Assembly (NCBI GenBank): GCA_045641325.1
Contig: JAZUGU010000039.1
Coordinates: 219 to 64,218, forward strand
Direction of reading: 5' to 3'
DNA: 64,000 bases
Source: Candidatus Avispirillum sp.
GTDB taxonomy: Bacteria > Bacillota > Clostridia > Oscillospirales > CAG-272
In this document: positions 48,977 through 58,795 of the stretch, piece after piece
Layout: every line of letters starts with the position of its first letter
Position numbering within the stretch: the first letter of the stretch is position 1
The notes under the pieces: generated by a model
Seen by the model: only the letters and a program-made list of their open reading frames with translations
Database searches by the model: none
Told to the model about the DNA's origin: nothing
Program-made: the position numbers and the translations under genes

Positions 48977-49989
48977 AAGAAAAAAAGCATATCAATATAC
49001 CGATATTCGTTCAACATATGGGCTGCCCGAATCAATGCGTGTTCTGTGATCAGCACGCAATTTCGGGCGCCCATTCTTTTGATTTGTCGAAAGTGCGCAG
49101 CGATATCGAAACCGTTTTATCAACGGCGGGAGACCGCGTATGCGAAATAGCGTTCTTCGGCGGCTCGTTTACCGGCATAGACAGAAAACTGATGATAAGC
49201 CTTCTGGACATAGCTCAGGAATACGTTGATGACGGCCGTGTGACCGGTATCCGGATGTCCACGAGGCCTGATTATATATCGCAAGAAATCACGGAAATAC
49301 TGCATAAATATACAGTATCGCAAGTTGAACTCGGCATACAGAGCTTTTCCGATAAGGTGCTTGAAATGAGTCGGAGAGGACATAATTCCGAAGCAAGCTA
49401 TAAAGCCTGCAGGCTTCTGAAAAGTGAGGGCTTTTCGTTTGTGGGACAGATGATGACGGGCCTTCCCGGAGCAGATGCCGCATCCGAAACCGAAACTGCA
49501 CAGATCATATGCAGCGAAGGTGCGGACGGCTCGAGAATCTATCCTTGCATTGTATTCCGCAATACCCCTCTTGCAAAAATGACGGAATCCGGGGAGTATG
49601 TGCCGATGACTGTCGATGAAGCTATTGAGCGCAGCGCGCGTGTTCTGCGCGTCTTTATTGATAACGGAGTACCGTGCCTTAAAATAGGCCTTCACGAATC
49701 CGAAAATCTCCATTCGGAAAGCACATATTTTGCAGGCCCCAACCACCCGGCACTCGGCGAAATGATACGGGGAAAAGTATATCTCGACATGATACTGGAT
49801 GAACTGGGCCGCATGGATGCAAGAGGCAAAACTCTTGAAATAAATGTACCCTCCGGAGCGGTTTCGTCGGTAATAGGTCAGCATAAAGTAAATAAAACGT
49901 TAATTCTGGAAAAATCAGCGGCAAAATACGTGAAAATCCTTGAAAAAAATGACTTAAAGGAATATAATATATCTATTAGGATTAATTAA
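48973..49989 (+). CDS. Radical SAM protein (ELP3-like family)
   Basis: CPNQCVFCDQ CxxxCxxC cluster near the N-terminus. ATGA overlap with rnc. Confidence 0.8.
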   Translation: MKEKKHINIPIFVQHMGCPNQCVFCDQHAISGAHSFDLSKVRSDIETVLSTAGDRVCEIAFFGGSFTGIDRKLMISLLDIAQEYVDDGRVTGIRMSTRPDYISQEITEILHKYTVSQVELGIQSFSDKVLEMSRRGHNSEASYKACRLLKSEGFSFVGQMMTGLPGADAASETETAQIICSEGADGSRIYPCIVFRNTPLAKMTESGEYVPMTVDEAIERSARVLRVFIDNGVPCLKIGLHESENLHSESTYFAGPNHPALGEMIRGKVYLDMILDELGRMDARGKTLEINVPSGAVSSVIGQHKVNKTLILEKSAAKYVKILEKNDLKEYNISIRIN

Positions 49990-50011
49990 AAATAGGAAAG
50001 GGAGGACTACC

Positions 50012-53000
50012 GTGTATTTAAAAGCACTGGAACTTCATGGATTCAAATCCTTCCCGGATAAAACAGTATTGCATTTTAATCCCGGCTCAACTGTCATCGT
50101 CGGACCCAATGGCAGCGGCAAATCAAATATAACCGATGCAATGAGATGGGTGCTGGGTGAAATATCTACGAAGAACATCCGCGGATCAAAAATGGAAGAC
50201 GTCATATTCGTCGGAGCAGACGGTCACAGACCCATGAGCTTCGCCGAGGTCTCCATCACCTTTGACGATTCCGAGCTTCCGAGAAAGCTCAACTGTCCTT
50301 ATGAAGAGGTCACTGTAACAAGACGTTATTACAGAGCAGGCGAAAGTGAGTACTTTATAAACCGTAAGCCCTGCCGTCTTAAAGATATCCATGAGCTGTT
50401 CATGAATACCGGCATCGGCCGTGAGGGATATTCCATCGTCGGGCAGGGAAAGATCGCGGAGATCATCTCAAAAAAGAGCGAAGACAGAAGAGGTATATTC
50501 GAAGAAACAGCCGGAATTTCAAAGTACAGATATCAGAAAAACGAGTCTGAAAAGAAGCTTCGTGAGACAGAAGACAATATGACCCGTGTTCTTGATATTT
50601 TCAGCGAGATCGAGTCGCGCGTCGGGCCTCTCGAAAGAGAAGCGCAGAAGGCGAGAAAGTACCTCGACCTTTATGAAGAAAAGAAAAAATATGAGATTTC
50701 CGTATGGTTGTTTGACATTGATAAGCTGAGAGTCGATGTTGATAAATTCTCCACAGAGGTGAGAAGAACAGCCAACGAACTCGAAATGGTCGAAGATGAC
50801 GAGAGAAGTCTTGAAGGTCAGTATGAGAGACTTTTTGAGGCATCCCAGGAAAACAGACAGGCTGCGAGCGTCCTTTACGACAGAATAAAGGATATCAATA
50901 CGAGAATAAGAGAAGCGGAGACCGAGGCGGCGAATCTTGAAAAGGATATTGCCCATGCCAAGGCTCTTGCCGAGGCTGCCGATACTGCGGCTGAAAAAAG
51001 CCTTGAGGATGAGAAAAGCGAGGCGGAGGTATCTGCTTCATTCAAGAGCAAGGTCGATTCCATCGGAGCAAAGATCGACGAAACCGACAAAAAACTCTGT
51101 GAACTTGAAGAAGTTAAGAAAAAAGCAACAGAGGAAAAGGATCTGCTCGATAAAAAGCTCGCTGATGATTTCGAAAGAATAAGAGAAAAAGAAGCTGAAC
51201 GAGATGAACTGAGAGTCAGACTTGACGTGCTCAGAAACAGCATCAGCGAAAGAAGCGATAAAGAGAGCTCGGTCATTTCCGATGTGGAAAAGTACGAGGA
51301 GAAGCTGGCATCGGTCATTCGTGACATAGAGGACAGCAGAAGCGCTGTCGAGTCATACGAGGCGGCTCTTAAAAAGTCCGATGAAGAAATCGAAAAATGC
51401 GACAGACAGTATCTCTCTCTTTCCGATAAGGCGGCAGGCGTTGAAAGAGAACTCAGTTCTTTCAGAGCGTCCTCCGAAGCACTTCACAGCAGGATCGCCG
51501 CACTTCTGAGAATGCAGGAGCATTTCGACGGATATAATAACAGCGTTAAATTTGTCATGCAGTCTGCATCCGAAGGAAAACTTAAGGGCGTTCACGGACC
51601 TGTCTCCACGCTTGTGAAGGTCAGCGATAAATACACCGTTGCCCTCGAAACCGCATTCGGGTCTAATCTGCAGAATATTGTCGTTGACGATGAAAAGGCT
51701 GCAAAGAATGCCATTTATGCGCTTAAGGAAGCAGGTGCCGGACGTGCAACGTTCTATCCCCTTTCATCCGTAAAGGGACAGTCACGCACGGCGGAGCTTG
51801 AAACTGCCGCAAAGCATCACGGATTCATCGGATATGCGGACGAGCTTCTGGACTGCGATGACAAGTACAGAGAAGTGATTTCCAGTATCATCGGAAGAAT
51901 TGCCGTGTTTGACAACATAGATAACGCGTCTGATGTTGCAAGGAAAAGCGGATGGAAGCTGAGGATCGTCACTCTTGACGGTCAGCAGATCAATATGGGC
52001 GGCTCTTTTACCGGCGGCTCCGTAAGAAGAGATTCCGGCATGCTGTCCCGCAATGCACATATCGACAAGCTGAAAGATGAAAAAGCTGACGTCGATGAAA
52101 AGGCTGAAAAGACCGAAAAGGAACTGAATGAGCTCCGCGGTAAAATGACGGAGATCACCGGCTTCAGACGCGCAGAGGAAGAAAAGGCGAAAATATCCGA
52201 AACTCTCCTGCGTACCGAGCGAGCTCAGCTCGATGAATACGAAGCGACAAAGAGCGTTACTGAAAGCCTTATAGAAGGTCTCCGCGCAGACATGGACAAT
52301 CTCCGCGAAATGGGAGAAAAGGGCGGAAAGGATGCTGAAGCCCTCGAAAAAGAGATCGCGGAAAAACAGTCTGAGATCGATGAGATCGCGGAAATTCGCC
52401 GTGAGACCTATATCACCCGCAACGATGCCGAAGACAAAGCGGCAGAGGCTGACGAAACCGTCGTTTCTCTGAGGCTTGATCTGGCAGGACTTATGAAGGA
52501 TGCGGAAAGCGCCGCAAATTCAGCTATTGAGTCCAGAGAACGTGCCGCTAAATTCAGAGAGGAATCCGAGGCGCACAGAACCGAAGCGGAAAATCTGAGA
52601 TCCGGAGCACGTGATGCCGATACAAAGATCGGTGAGCTCAGAGCTGAATCCGATTCTCTGAGAAAAGAACTTACCGATATCGAAGAACAGAGGTCTTCTC
52701 TTGAAGAGAATAACGTCGAATATGACAGAAAACTCAACGAGAACAGAATAAAGACCAAAGAGATAACCGATAAGAAAGAGCTCGTTCTCCGTGCACATAC
52801 GGCAAACGAATCAAAGCTTGAAAGGCTCAATTCCGAAGTCGATAAGATGACCTCGAAGCTCTGGGATGAATACGAGCTTACGTTTACCGCGGCGGCCGGT
52901 ATCGGATATCCTCAGCTTTCCGCCGAGGAAAGACCTGCGGCGGCAAAGAGAATGAACGAGCTGAAAAATACCGTCAAAGCCCTCGGAAATGTCAACGTCG

Positions 53001-53617
53001 GTGCTATCGACGAGTATAAGGAGCTCAAGGAAAGATACGATTATCTGAAAAATCAGATCGATGATCTTACCAAATCCAAAACAGAACTTGAAGGTATCAT
53101 AGGATCCATAGACGAAGAAATGAAAAAGATGTTCGTCGATGCCTTTGAGAAAATCAATACGTATTTCGGAGAGGTGTTCAGAGAACTGTTCGGCGGCGGC
53201 TCCGCCCATCTTGAGCTTACCGATCCCGAAAACGTGCTTTCCAGCGGCGTTGATATAAAAGTGGCGCCTCCCGGAAAGATGATCAAGAACTTAAGTCTCC
53301 TTTCCGGAGGAGAGCAGGCATTCGTGGCTATTGCTCTGATCTTCGCACTTATCCGTGTGAATCCGTCTCCTTTCTGCATATTCGACGAGATAGAGGCGGC
53401 GTTGGACGAAGTCAACGTGACCAGAGTTGCCAACTACATAAAGCGCTTCTCCAAGGAAATGCAGATAATCATGATCACGCACAGACGCGGAATGATGGAA
53501 ACTGCAAATACCCTGTACGGTGTTACCATGCCGCGGCACGGTATATCCAAGGTGTTTACGCTTGATGTAAACGCAGTAGCCGAAGACAACGCAATAGCCA
53601 AGGAGTTTGTGGAATAA
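50012..53617 (+). CDS. smc: Chromosome segregation protein SMC
   Basis: Walker A GPNGSGKSN, long coiled coils, hinge, LSGGEQA signature and Walker B FCIFDEIEAALD. GTG start after GGGAGG. Confidence 0.95.
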   Translation: MYLKALELHGFKSFPDKTVLHFNPGSTVIVGPNGSGKSNITDAMRWVLGEISTKNIRGSKMEDVIFVGADGHRPMSFAEVSITFDDSELPRKLNCPYEEVTVTRRYYRAGESEYFINRKPCRLKDIHELFMNTGIGREGYSIVGQGKIAEIISKKSEDRRGIFEETAGISKYRYQKNESEKKLRETEDNMTRVLDIFSEIESRVGPLEREAQKARKYLDLYEEKKKYEISVWLFDIDKLRVDVDKFSTEVRRTANELEMVEDDERSLEGQYERLFEASQENRQAASVLYDRIKDINTRIREAETEAANLEKDIAHAKALAEAADTAAEKSLEDEKSEAEVSASFKSKVDSIGAKIDETDKKLCELEEVKKKATEEKDLLDKKLADDFERIREKEAERDELRVRLDVLRNSISERSDKESSVISDVEKYEEKLASVIRDIEDSRSAVESYEAALKKSDEEIEKCDRQYLSLSDKAAGVERELSSFRASSEALHSRIAALLRMQEHFDGYNNSVKFVMQSASEGKLKGVHGPVSTLVKVSDKYTVALETAFGSNLQNIVVDDEKAAKNAIYALKEAGAGRATFYPLSSVKGQSRTAELETAAKHHGFIGYADELLDCDDKYREVISSIIGRIAVFDNIDNASDVARKSGWKLRIVTLDGQQINMGGSFTGGSVRRDSGMLSRNAHIDKLKDEKADVDEKAEKTEKELNELRGKMTEITGFRRAEEEKAKISETLLRTERAQLDEYEATKSVTESLIEGLRADMDNLREMGEKGGKDAEALEKEIAEKQSEIDEIAEIRRETYITRNDAEDKAAEADETVVSLRLDLAGLMKDAESAANSAIESRERAAKFREESEAHRTEAENLRSGARDADTKIGELRAESDSLRKELTDIEEQRSSLEENNVEYDRKLNENRIKTKEITDKKELVLRAHTANESKLERLNSEVDKMTSKLWDEYELTFTAAAGIGYPQLSAEERPAAAKRMNELKNTVKALGNVNVGAIDEYKELKERYDYLKNQIDDLTKSKTELEGIIGSIDEEMKKMFVDAFEKINTYFGEVFRELFGGGSAHLELTDPENVLSSGVDIKVAPPGKMIKNLSLLSGGEQAFVAIALIFALIRVNPSPFCIFDEIEAALDEVNVTRVANYIKRFSKEMQIIMITHRRGMMETANTLYGVTMPRHGISKVFTLDVNAVAEDNAIAKEFVE

Positions 53618-54522
53618 TGGGATTCTTCGATAAACTGAAATCCGGACTTTCCAAGACAAAGGAAGCGGTGTTTTCACAGGTAGACAACGTGGTGAAAAGC
53701 TTTGTCCGGGTAGATGAGGATATGCTCGAAGAGCTTGAGGAGATACTCATCTGCTCCGACATGGGTTTTGAAACTGCGGAGGAGATAATAGACGAGCTTC
53801 GTGAACAGATCAAAGACGACAGGCTGAAAGAGCCTGAGGACGTAAAGGATGCACTTAAAACGATCCTCCGCGGAAAGGTCGGGGACGGCGAGCCGCTGAA
53901 GCTCGATACCGTACCGTCGGTCATTCTCGTTATCGGCGTCAACGGTGTGGGTAAAACCACTTCCATCGGAAAAATCGCCGCAAATCTCAAAGCAGAAGGC
54001 AAAAAGGTCATCGTCGCAGCTGCAGATACGTTCAGAGCGGCGGCAATAGATCAGCTTGAGGTCTGGTGCGAGAGAGCAGACGTGGAACTGATCCGTCAGA
54101 ACGAGGGCAGCGATCCTGCCGCAGTTGTATTCGATGCGGCAGCAGCGGCGAAAAAAAGAGGCGCCGACGTGCTTATCGTAGATACGGCAGGCAGACTGCA
54201 TAATAAGAAGAACCTTATGATGGAGCTTGCGAAGATCGACAGAGTTCTTTCCCGTGAGATGCCCGGTTCATCAAGAGAGACGCTTCTTGTCCTCGATTCA
54301 ACGACAGGACAGAATGCTGTTATCCAGGCAAAGGAATTCAAGGAGAGTGCCGATATCACAGGCCTTATCCTCACAAAACTGGACGGTACCGCAAAGGGCG
54401 GTGCCGTGTTCAGCATTAAGAATATGCTTGACATTCCCGTAAAGTTTATAGGAGTCGGAGAAGGCATCGGCGATATGCAGCCTTTTGATGCTGATATGTT
54501 CGTCAATGCGCTTTTTGAGTAA
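53617..54522 (+). CDS. ftsY: Signal recognition particle receptor FtsY (short form)
   Basis: GVNGVGKTT, DTAGR and TKLDGTAKGG motifs. Confidence 0.93.
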   Translation: MGFFDKLKSGLSKTKEAVFSQVDNVVKSFVRVDEDMLEELEEILICSDMGFETAEEIIDELREQIKDDRLKEPEDVKDALKTILRGKVGDGEPLKLDTVPSVILVIGVNGVGKTTSIGKIAANLKAEGKKVIVAAADTFRAAAIDQLEVWCERADVELIRQNEGSDPAAVVFDAAAAAKKRGADVLIVDTAGRLHNKKNLMMELAKIDRVLSREMPGSSRETLLVLDSTTGQNAVIQAKEFKESADITGLILTKLDGTAKGGAVFSIKNMLDIPVKFIGVGEGIGDMQPFDADMFVNALFE

Positions 54523-54525
54523 GAA

Positions 54526-55200
54526 ATGGAAATAGTACTTGCATCAAGAAACAAGAATAAGATCAGAGAACTTCAGACTATGCTGTCCCAGTACTGCGGA
54601 GACCGTATCAAGGTGCTTTCCCTTGACGATATCGGATATGCGGGAGATATAGAAGAAGACGGCGAAAGCTATGCGGAGAATGCGATAATAAAAGCATCCG
54701 TTCCGGCTTCCATGGGATACATCGGCGTGGCTGACGATTCCGGTCTGTCCGTCGACTGCCTTGACGGCGGCCCCGGCATCTATTCCGCAAGATATGCCGG
54801 AGAGCACGTAACATATGAGGACAATAACGCTTTGCTTCTTAAAACCATGGAAAACGTTCCGGACGGGAAAAGAGGCGCGGCGTTTGTTTCAACGATCGCA
54901 TTGGTCGCCCCCAAGGGCGCGCTCAAGGTCCCCGAAGAGCTGACCGATGAATACCTGACAGAATTTGCAGATAAGAGAAGCGGGAGAAAAACAGACGTGT
55001 TCACCGTAAGAGGCGAGTGCAGAGGAATGATCCTCCGTGAGCTGCGCGGTGAGGGCGGATTCGGTTACGATCCCCTGTTCTATATTCCCGAAAAGGGACT
55101 TACGTTTGCAGAGCTTTCAGCTGATGAAAAGAATGCAATAAGCCACAGAGGCAAGGCTATGAACGCCTTTGCCGAAGAAATCAATAAACTGGCGGAGTAA
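54526..55200 (+). CDS. rdgB: RdgB/HAM1 non-canonical purine NTP pyrophosphatase
   Basis: LASRNKNKIRE...GFGYDPLF...SHRGKA motifs. Confidence 0.88.
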   Translation: MEIVLASRNKNKIRELQTMLSQYCGDRIKVLSLDDIGYAGDIEEDGESYAENAIIKASVPASMGYIGVADDSGLSVDCLDGGPGIYSARYAGEHVTYEDNNALLLKTMENVPDGKRGAAFVSTIALVAPKGALKVPEELTDEYLTEFADKRSGRKTDVFTVRGECRGMILRELRGEGGFGYDPLFYIPEKGLTFAELSADEKNAISHRGKAMNAFAEEINKLAE

Positions 55201-55201
55201 T

Positions 55202-55489
55202 ATGCTTACAAGTAAACAGAGAGCATACCTCAGAAAGCTTGCCAATCCCCTGGATACCATATTCCAGATAGGGAAGAGCGGTATCTCCGGGGATATGCTG
55301 AAAGGAATATCAGATGCGCTCGAGGCAAGGGAACTTATCAAACTGAGGGTGCTTGAAAACAGCGACTATTCGCCCAAAGAAGCGGCGAACGAGATCGCAG
55401 AGAGCCTTAAGTGTGATGTGGTTTCCGTTGTCGGATCACGTTTCGTACTTTACCGTGAAAGTGAGAAAAACAAAAAAATAGAGCTGTAA
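55202..55489 (+). CDS. yhbY: YhbY/CRS1-type RNA-binding ribosome assembly protein
   Basis: LTSKQRAYLRKLAN...IGKSGIS...ELIKLRV pattern. ATG lies 1 nt after the rdgB stop. Confidence 0.85.
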   Translation: MLTSKQRAYLRKLANPLDTIFQIGKSGISGDMLKGISDALEARELIKLRVLENSDYSPKEAANEIAESLKCDVVSVVGSRFVLYRESEKNKKIEL

Positions 55490-56154
55490 TGGAAAAGAAA
55501 ATCATCACAGATACTATGGTGGATGAGCTCCGCCTTGCGGTGAAGCCCTATATGAAAGAAAAAAGGTATTCCCACACGCTGGCGGTCGAAAAAGAGGCGG
55601 CTTTTCTCGGACGGATTTTTCTTCCCGAAAAGCTTAATGCTCTGCGGTGCTCGGCACTTCTGCATGATATAACAAAAAAGTTGGATACAGATGAGCAGGA
55701 ATCCGTGTGCAGGGAGCTTTCCGTTCCGGCGGATGATGAGCTTCGTTCATCCCCGTCCCTCTATCATGCGATAACGGGTGCGGCTCTTGCAAAAAGAGAT
55801 TTCCCGGAATATGCCGACGACGAGATCATTTCCGGTATCCGCTGGCATACGACCGGACGTGCCGGAATGACCATGTTTGAATCCATCATATATCTGGCAG
55901 ACTATATAGAAGAAACACGTACGTTCGAAACCTGCGTTGAGCTGAGAAAGTTTTTTTACGAAAGCATCGCACAGGCAAAAAACGACAAAGAAAAATATAC
56001 GGCTTTTCTTAAAACAATGGTCATGTCGTTTGATATGACTGTCAAAGGTCTTCTTGAAGAAGGGAGACCGGTTGACAGAAATACCGTAGAAGCGAGGGAA
56101 TGCTTTGCGGCGGCCCTCGGGGAATGGAGCAGAAAAAATGAACCAATCCGATAA
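55489..56154 (+). CDS. yqeK: HD-domain protein YqeK (bis(5'-nucleosyl)-tetraphosphatase-like)
   Basis: RYSHTLAV...LLHDITK...HTTG motifs. TAATG overlap with yhbY. Confidence 0.85.
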   Translation: MEKKIITDTMVDELRLAVKPYMKEKRYSHTLAVEKEAAFLGRIFLPEKLNALRCSALLHDITKKLDTDEQESVCRELSVPADDELRSSPSLYHAITGAALAKRDFPEYADDEIISGIRWHTTGRAGMTMFESIIYLADYIEETRTFETCVELRKFFYESIAQAKNDKEKYTAFLKTMVMSFDMTVKGLLEEGRPVDRNTVEARECFAAALGEWSRKNEPIR

Positions 56155-57292
56155 ATTCATCAAAAAAACAGTACCGAGACTGGTGGCGGCACTTGTCGCT
56201 GTCGTAATGGGACTGGCGCTGTTCGTGTTCAACAGATACGTTATCTATAAACCGGACTCGAAGAAGAACAACGATATCAATTTTGTGGTAGATACTACCG
56301 CAGGTGAGGGAGGAGATATCGGTGACATCACGTTCTCCGATACCAGTTTCAATTTCCTTGTCATGGGACACGACAGAATAGCGAGCCTGACTGACGTTAT
56401 TCTCATCATCAACTATGATACTGAGAAACAGCAGGTCACCATGATGCAGTTTCCCCGTGATACTTATTTCAGAATAGACGATTACTACTACCACAAAATA
56501 AACGGCCTGTACAATTACTGCATTTCCGCAGCGGAAGCAGAAGGCGCAAAGGACCCGGAACATGAGGGCCTTCTGAAGACAGCAGAGTATTTTGAAAAGA
56601 ATCTTGCCATAAAGATCCATTACTCCGCGGTAATGGACCTGGACGGATTTGAGGGCATAGTAGAAGCTATCGGCGGCGTTGATATGTACGTTCCCATGAG
56701 AATGTATTACACGGATCCCGGCCAGGTACCTCCGCTGTACATTGACCTGCAGGAGGGCTGGCAGCATCTGGACGGAAATACGGCAGAGCAATTCGTCAGA
56801 TACCGTTACGGCTACGTGACCGGTGACTACGGACGTCAGGATGCACAGAAGCTGTTTATCTCGGCGTTTATTGATAAACTGAAATCAAGCATAACCGATG
56901 CATCAACGGTTACGTCTCTCGCAAAGAACGTCGTCACGTATGTTGATACGGATATAACCGACGCTGATATCGTGTATTTCGGTAAATGCTTCCTCGGTAT
57001 CGGCAAGAGCGATTCGGTGGATATGAAAAACATCAAGATGTTCACCATGCCCGGCAGTGATGCCATGTGGGAAGGCGCTTCAATGTACTGCATGAACAAA
57101 GAGTACACGGCTGAGATCATGAACGAATATTTCAATATATACGACTTTGATATCACCGGCTCCTTTGACCGTGACGGTGTGTTCGTAACTCCTTACGAAA
57201 CGGTGCTTACTCCTATATATTATTCCGATAAGGAATACGCATATTTCAGCGAATATGATGCAAATACCCTCAGAGAGGATGGCTTAAACTAA
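56138..57292 (+). CDS. LytR-CpsA-Psr (LCP) family protein, TM-anchored
   Basis: N-terminal TM, LVMGHDR, FPRDTY and AEQFVRYRYGY...GRQDAQ motifs. Confidence 0.85.
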   Translation: MNQSDKFIKKTVPRLVAALVAVVMGLALFVFNRYVIYKPDSKKNNDINFVVDTTAGEGGDIGDITFSDTSFNFLVMGHDRIASLTDVILIINYDTEKQQVTMMQFPRDTYFRIDDYYYHKINGLYNYCISAAEAEGAKDPEHEGLLKTAEYFEKNLAIKIHYSAVMDLDGFEGIVEAIGGVDMYVPMRMYYTDPGQVPPLYIDLQEGWQHLDGNTAEQFVRYRYGYVTGDYGRQDAQKLFISAFIDKLKSSITDASTVTSLAKNVVTYVDTDITDADIVYFGKCFLGIGKSDSVDMKNIKMFTMPGSDAMWEGASMYCMNKEYTAEIMNEYFNIYDFDITGSFDRDGVFVTPYETVLTPIYYSDKEYAYFSEYDANTLREDGLN

Positions 57293-58365
57293 TGAAAATC
57301 AAGAAGATCACAGCACTTGTTCTTTGCTTTATGATGCTGCTGTCTCTCTTCTCATGTTCGAGAAAATCCGATATAGGCAATACCCCGGATAACAGAACGG
57401 ACAAAGAGGAAAAGCAGGAGAGCGAAAATAAATATAACATCCTTGTCCTCGGTCACGACAGAGCCGCGAATCTCACGGACGTGATGATGATAGTCAGCTT
57501 TGACGTGAAAGAGGGCACCATGGCGATAGTTCAGCTTCCCCGTGATACCTATTTCGAGGCAGACGATTACTATTATCATAAAATCAATGGTCTTTATAAT
57601 TACTTTATCAGCGAATCAAAGGAAGATGACAGCGACGATCCCGAGCTTGAGGGCTGTATCAGAACTGCCAAGTATCTCTCCGATAACCTCGATATAAAGA
57701 TCCATTATTCCGCAGTCATGGATCTCGACGGCTTCGGCGATATAGTCGATGCTATCGGCGGAGTTTATATGTATCTGCCTTATTCCATGTATTATCCCGA
57801 TCCCGCACAGAATCTTCTGATCGACCTGCAGAAGGGCTTCCAGACTCTTGACGGTGATGCGGCAGAACAGTTCGTCAGATTCCGTTACGGCTATATCACC
57901 GGCGACGACGGACGGCAGGATGCGCAGAAAATGTTTATGACCGCGTTCATCGAGAACGCCAAGAATAATATTAACCTTTCCAATGTTGACGACGTCGCAA
58001 GTGCGATTTTCAACAGTGTCAAGACCGATATGAAGCTCACGGATATCGCCAAATTCGGAAAAGCGATGCTGTCCATGGAGCTTTCAAACATCACGATGAT
58101 GTCGTTCCCCGGAGAGTCCACTCTGTGCAACGGTGCTTGGTACTTCGTGATGAACAGAGCTTCTGCGATAGAACTCATGCAGAAGTATTACAACGTTTAT
58201 GAAGACCCGGTAACGGAGGAAACCTTTGATAAGGACAGAGTGTTCTGCAACGAAGATGACCCCGATATGTACGAAACTTATGTAAAACCCGCTGACGAAT
58301 GCGAAACCGTGGAGCACAACGCACAGGACGTGTCCAACGATGATATCGCAATTCCGATGTATTGA
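57292..58365 (+). CDS. LCP family protein, lipoprotein-type signal (paralog)
   Basis: Lipobox LSLFSC and the same LCP motifs. By-eye alignment suggests roughly 55-60 percent identity to the upstream paralog over the core. Confidence 0.85.
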   Translation: MKIKKITALVLCFMMLLSLFSCSRKSDIGNTPDNRTDKEEKQESENKYNILVLGHDRAANLTDVMMIVSFDVKEGTMAIVQLPRDTYFEADDYYYHKINGLYNYFISESKEDDSDDPELEGCIRTAKYLSDNLDIKIHYSAVMDLDGFGDIVDAIGGVYMYLPYSMYYPDPAQNLLIDLQKGFQTLDGDAAEQFVRFRYGYITGDDGRQDAQKMFMTAFIENAKNNINLSNVDDVASAIFNSVKTDMKLTDIAKFGKAMLSMELSNITMMSFPGESTLCNGAWYFVMNRASAIELMQKYYNVYEDPVTEETFDKDRVFCNEDDPDMYETYVKPADECETVEHNAQDVSNDDIAIPMY

Positions 58366-58378
58366 TAAAGGAGATAAA

Positions 58379-58783
58379 ATGGACAATATCATTACCACAT
58401 CCGATGTGAAGCTCAAAGAAAATCCCACTCCCCTTGATATCGCGGAATTCATGGTAAAGATCCTTGATATCAAAAAAGCAAAGGATATCAAGCTTATCCA
58501 CGTTGAGGAGAGAACGATAATCGCAGATTATTATGTTATCTGCACCGGTAATTCTAAAACACAGATATCCTCTCTGGCAGAGGAAGTCGAGTTCCGTCTT
58601 TCCGAGCAGGGAGTTAAAGTCATCCATAACGAGGGCGGCCGCGGAGATACGTGGATCCTTTCCGATTACGGCGCTGTGATCCTGAACGTGTTCAGCGCTG
58701 ATACAAGAGATTATTATAAGCTTGAAAAGCTTTTCAGCGATGAAAACATTGTTGATATTTCCGGAATCCTTACTGAAGAATAA
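58379..58783 (+). CDS. rsfS: Ribosome silencing factor RsfS
   Basis: DIKLIHV...ADYYVICTGNS...WILSDYGAVILNVF pattern. RBS aaaGGAG. Confidence 0.9.
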   Translation: MDNIITTSDVKLKENPTPLDIAEFMVKILDIKKAKDIKLIHVEERTIIADYYVICTGNSKTQISSLAEEVEFRLSEQGVKVIHNEGGRGDTWILSDYGAVILNVFSADTRDYYKLEKLFSDENIVDISGILTEE

Positions 58784-58795
58784 GAGGAAGCACAT

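Noticed and set aside
58784-58795. T-box leaders for leuS, asnA or thrC
   Set aside because: leuS starts 12 nt after rsfS. asnA has a roughly 30-nt leader after its promoter. thrC lies 18 nt downstream of the yraN stop. There is no room for a roughly 200-nt T-box.
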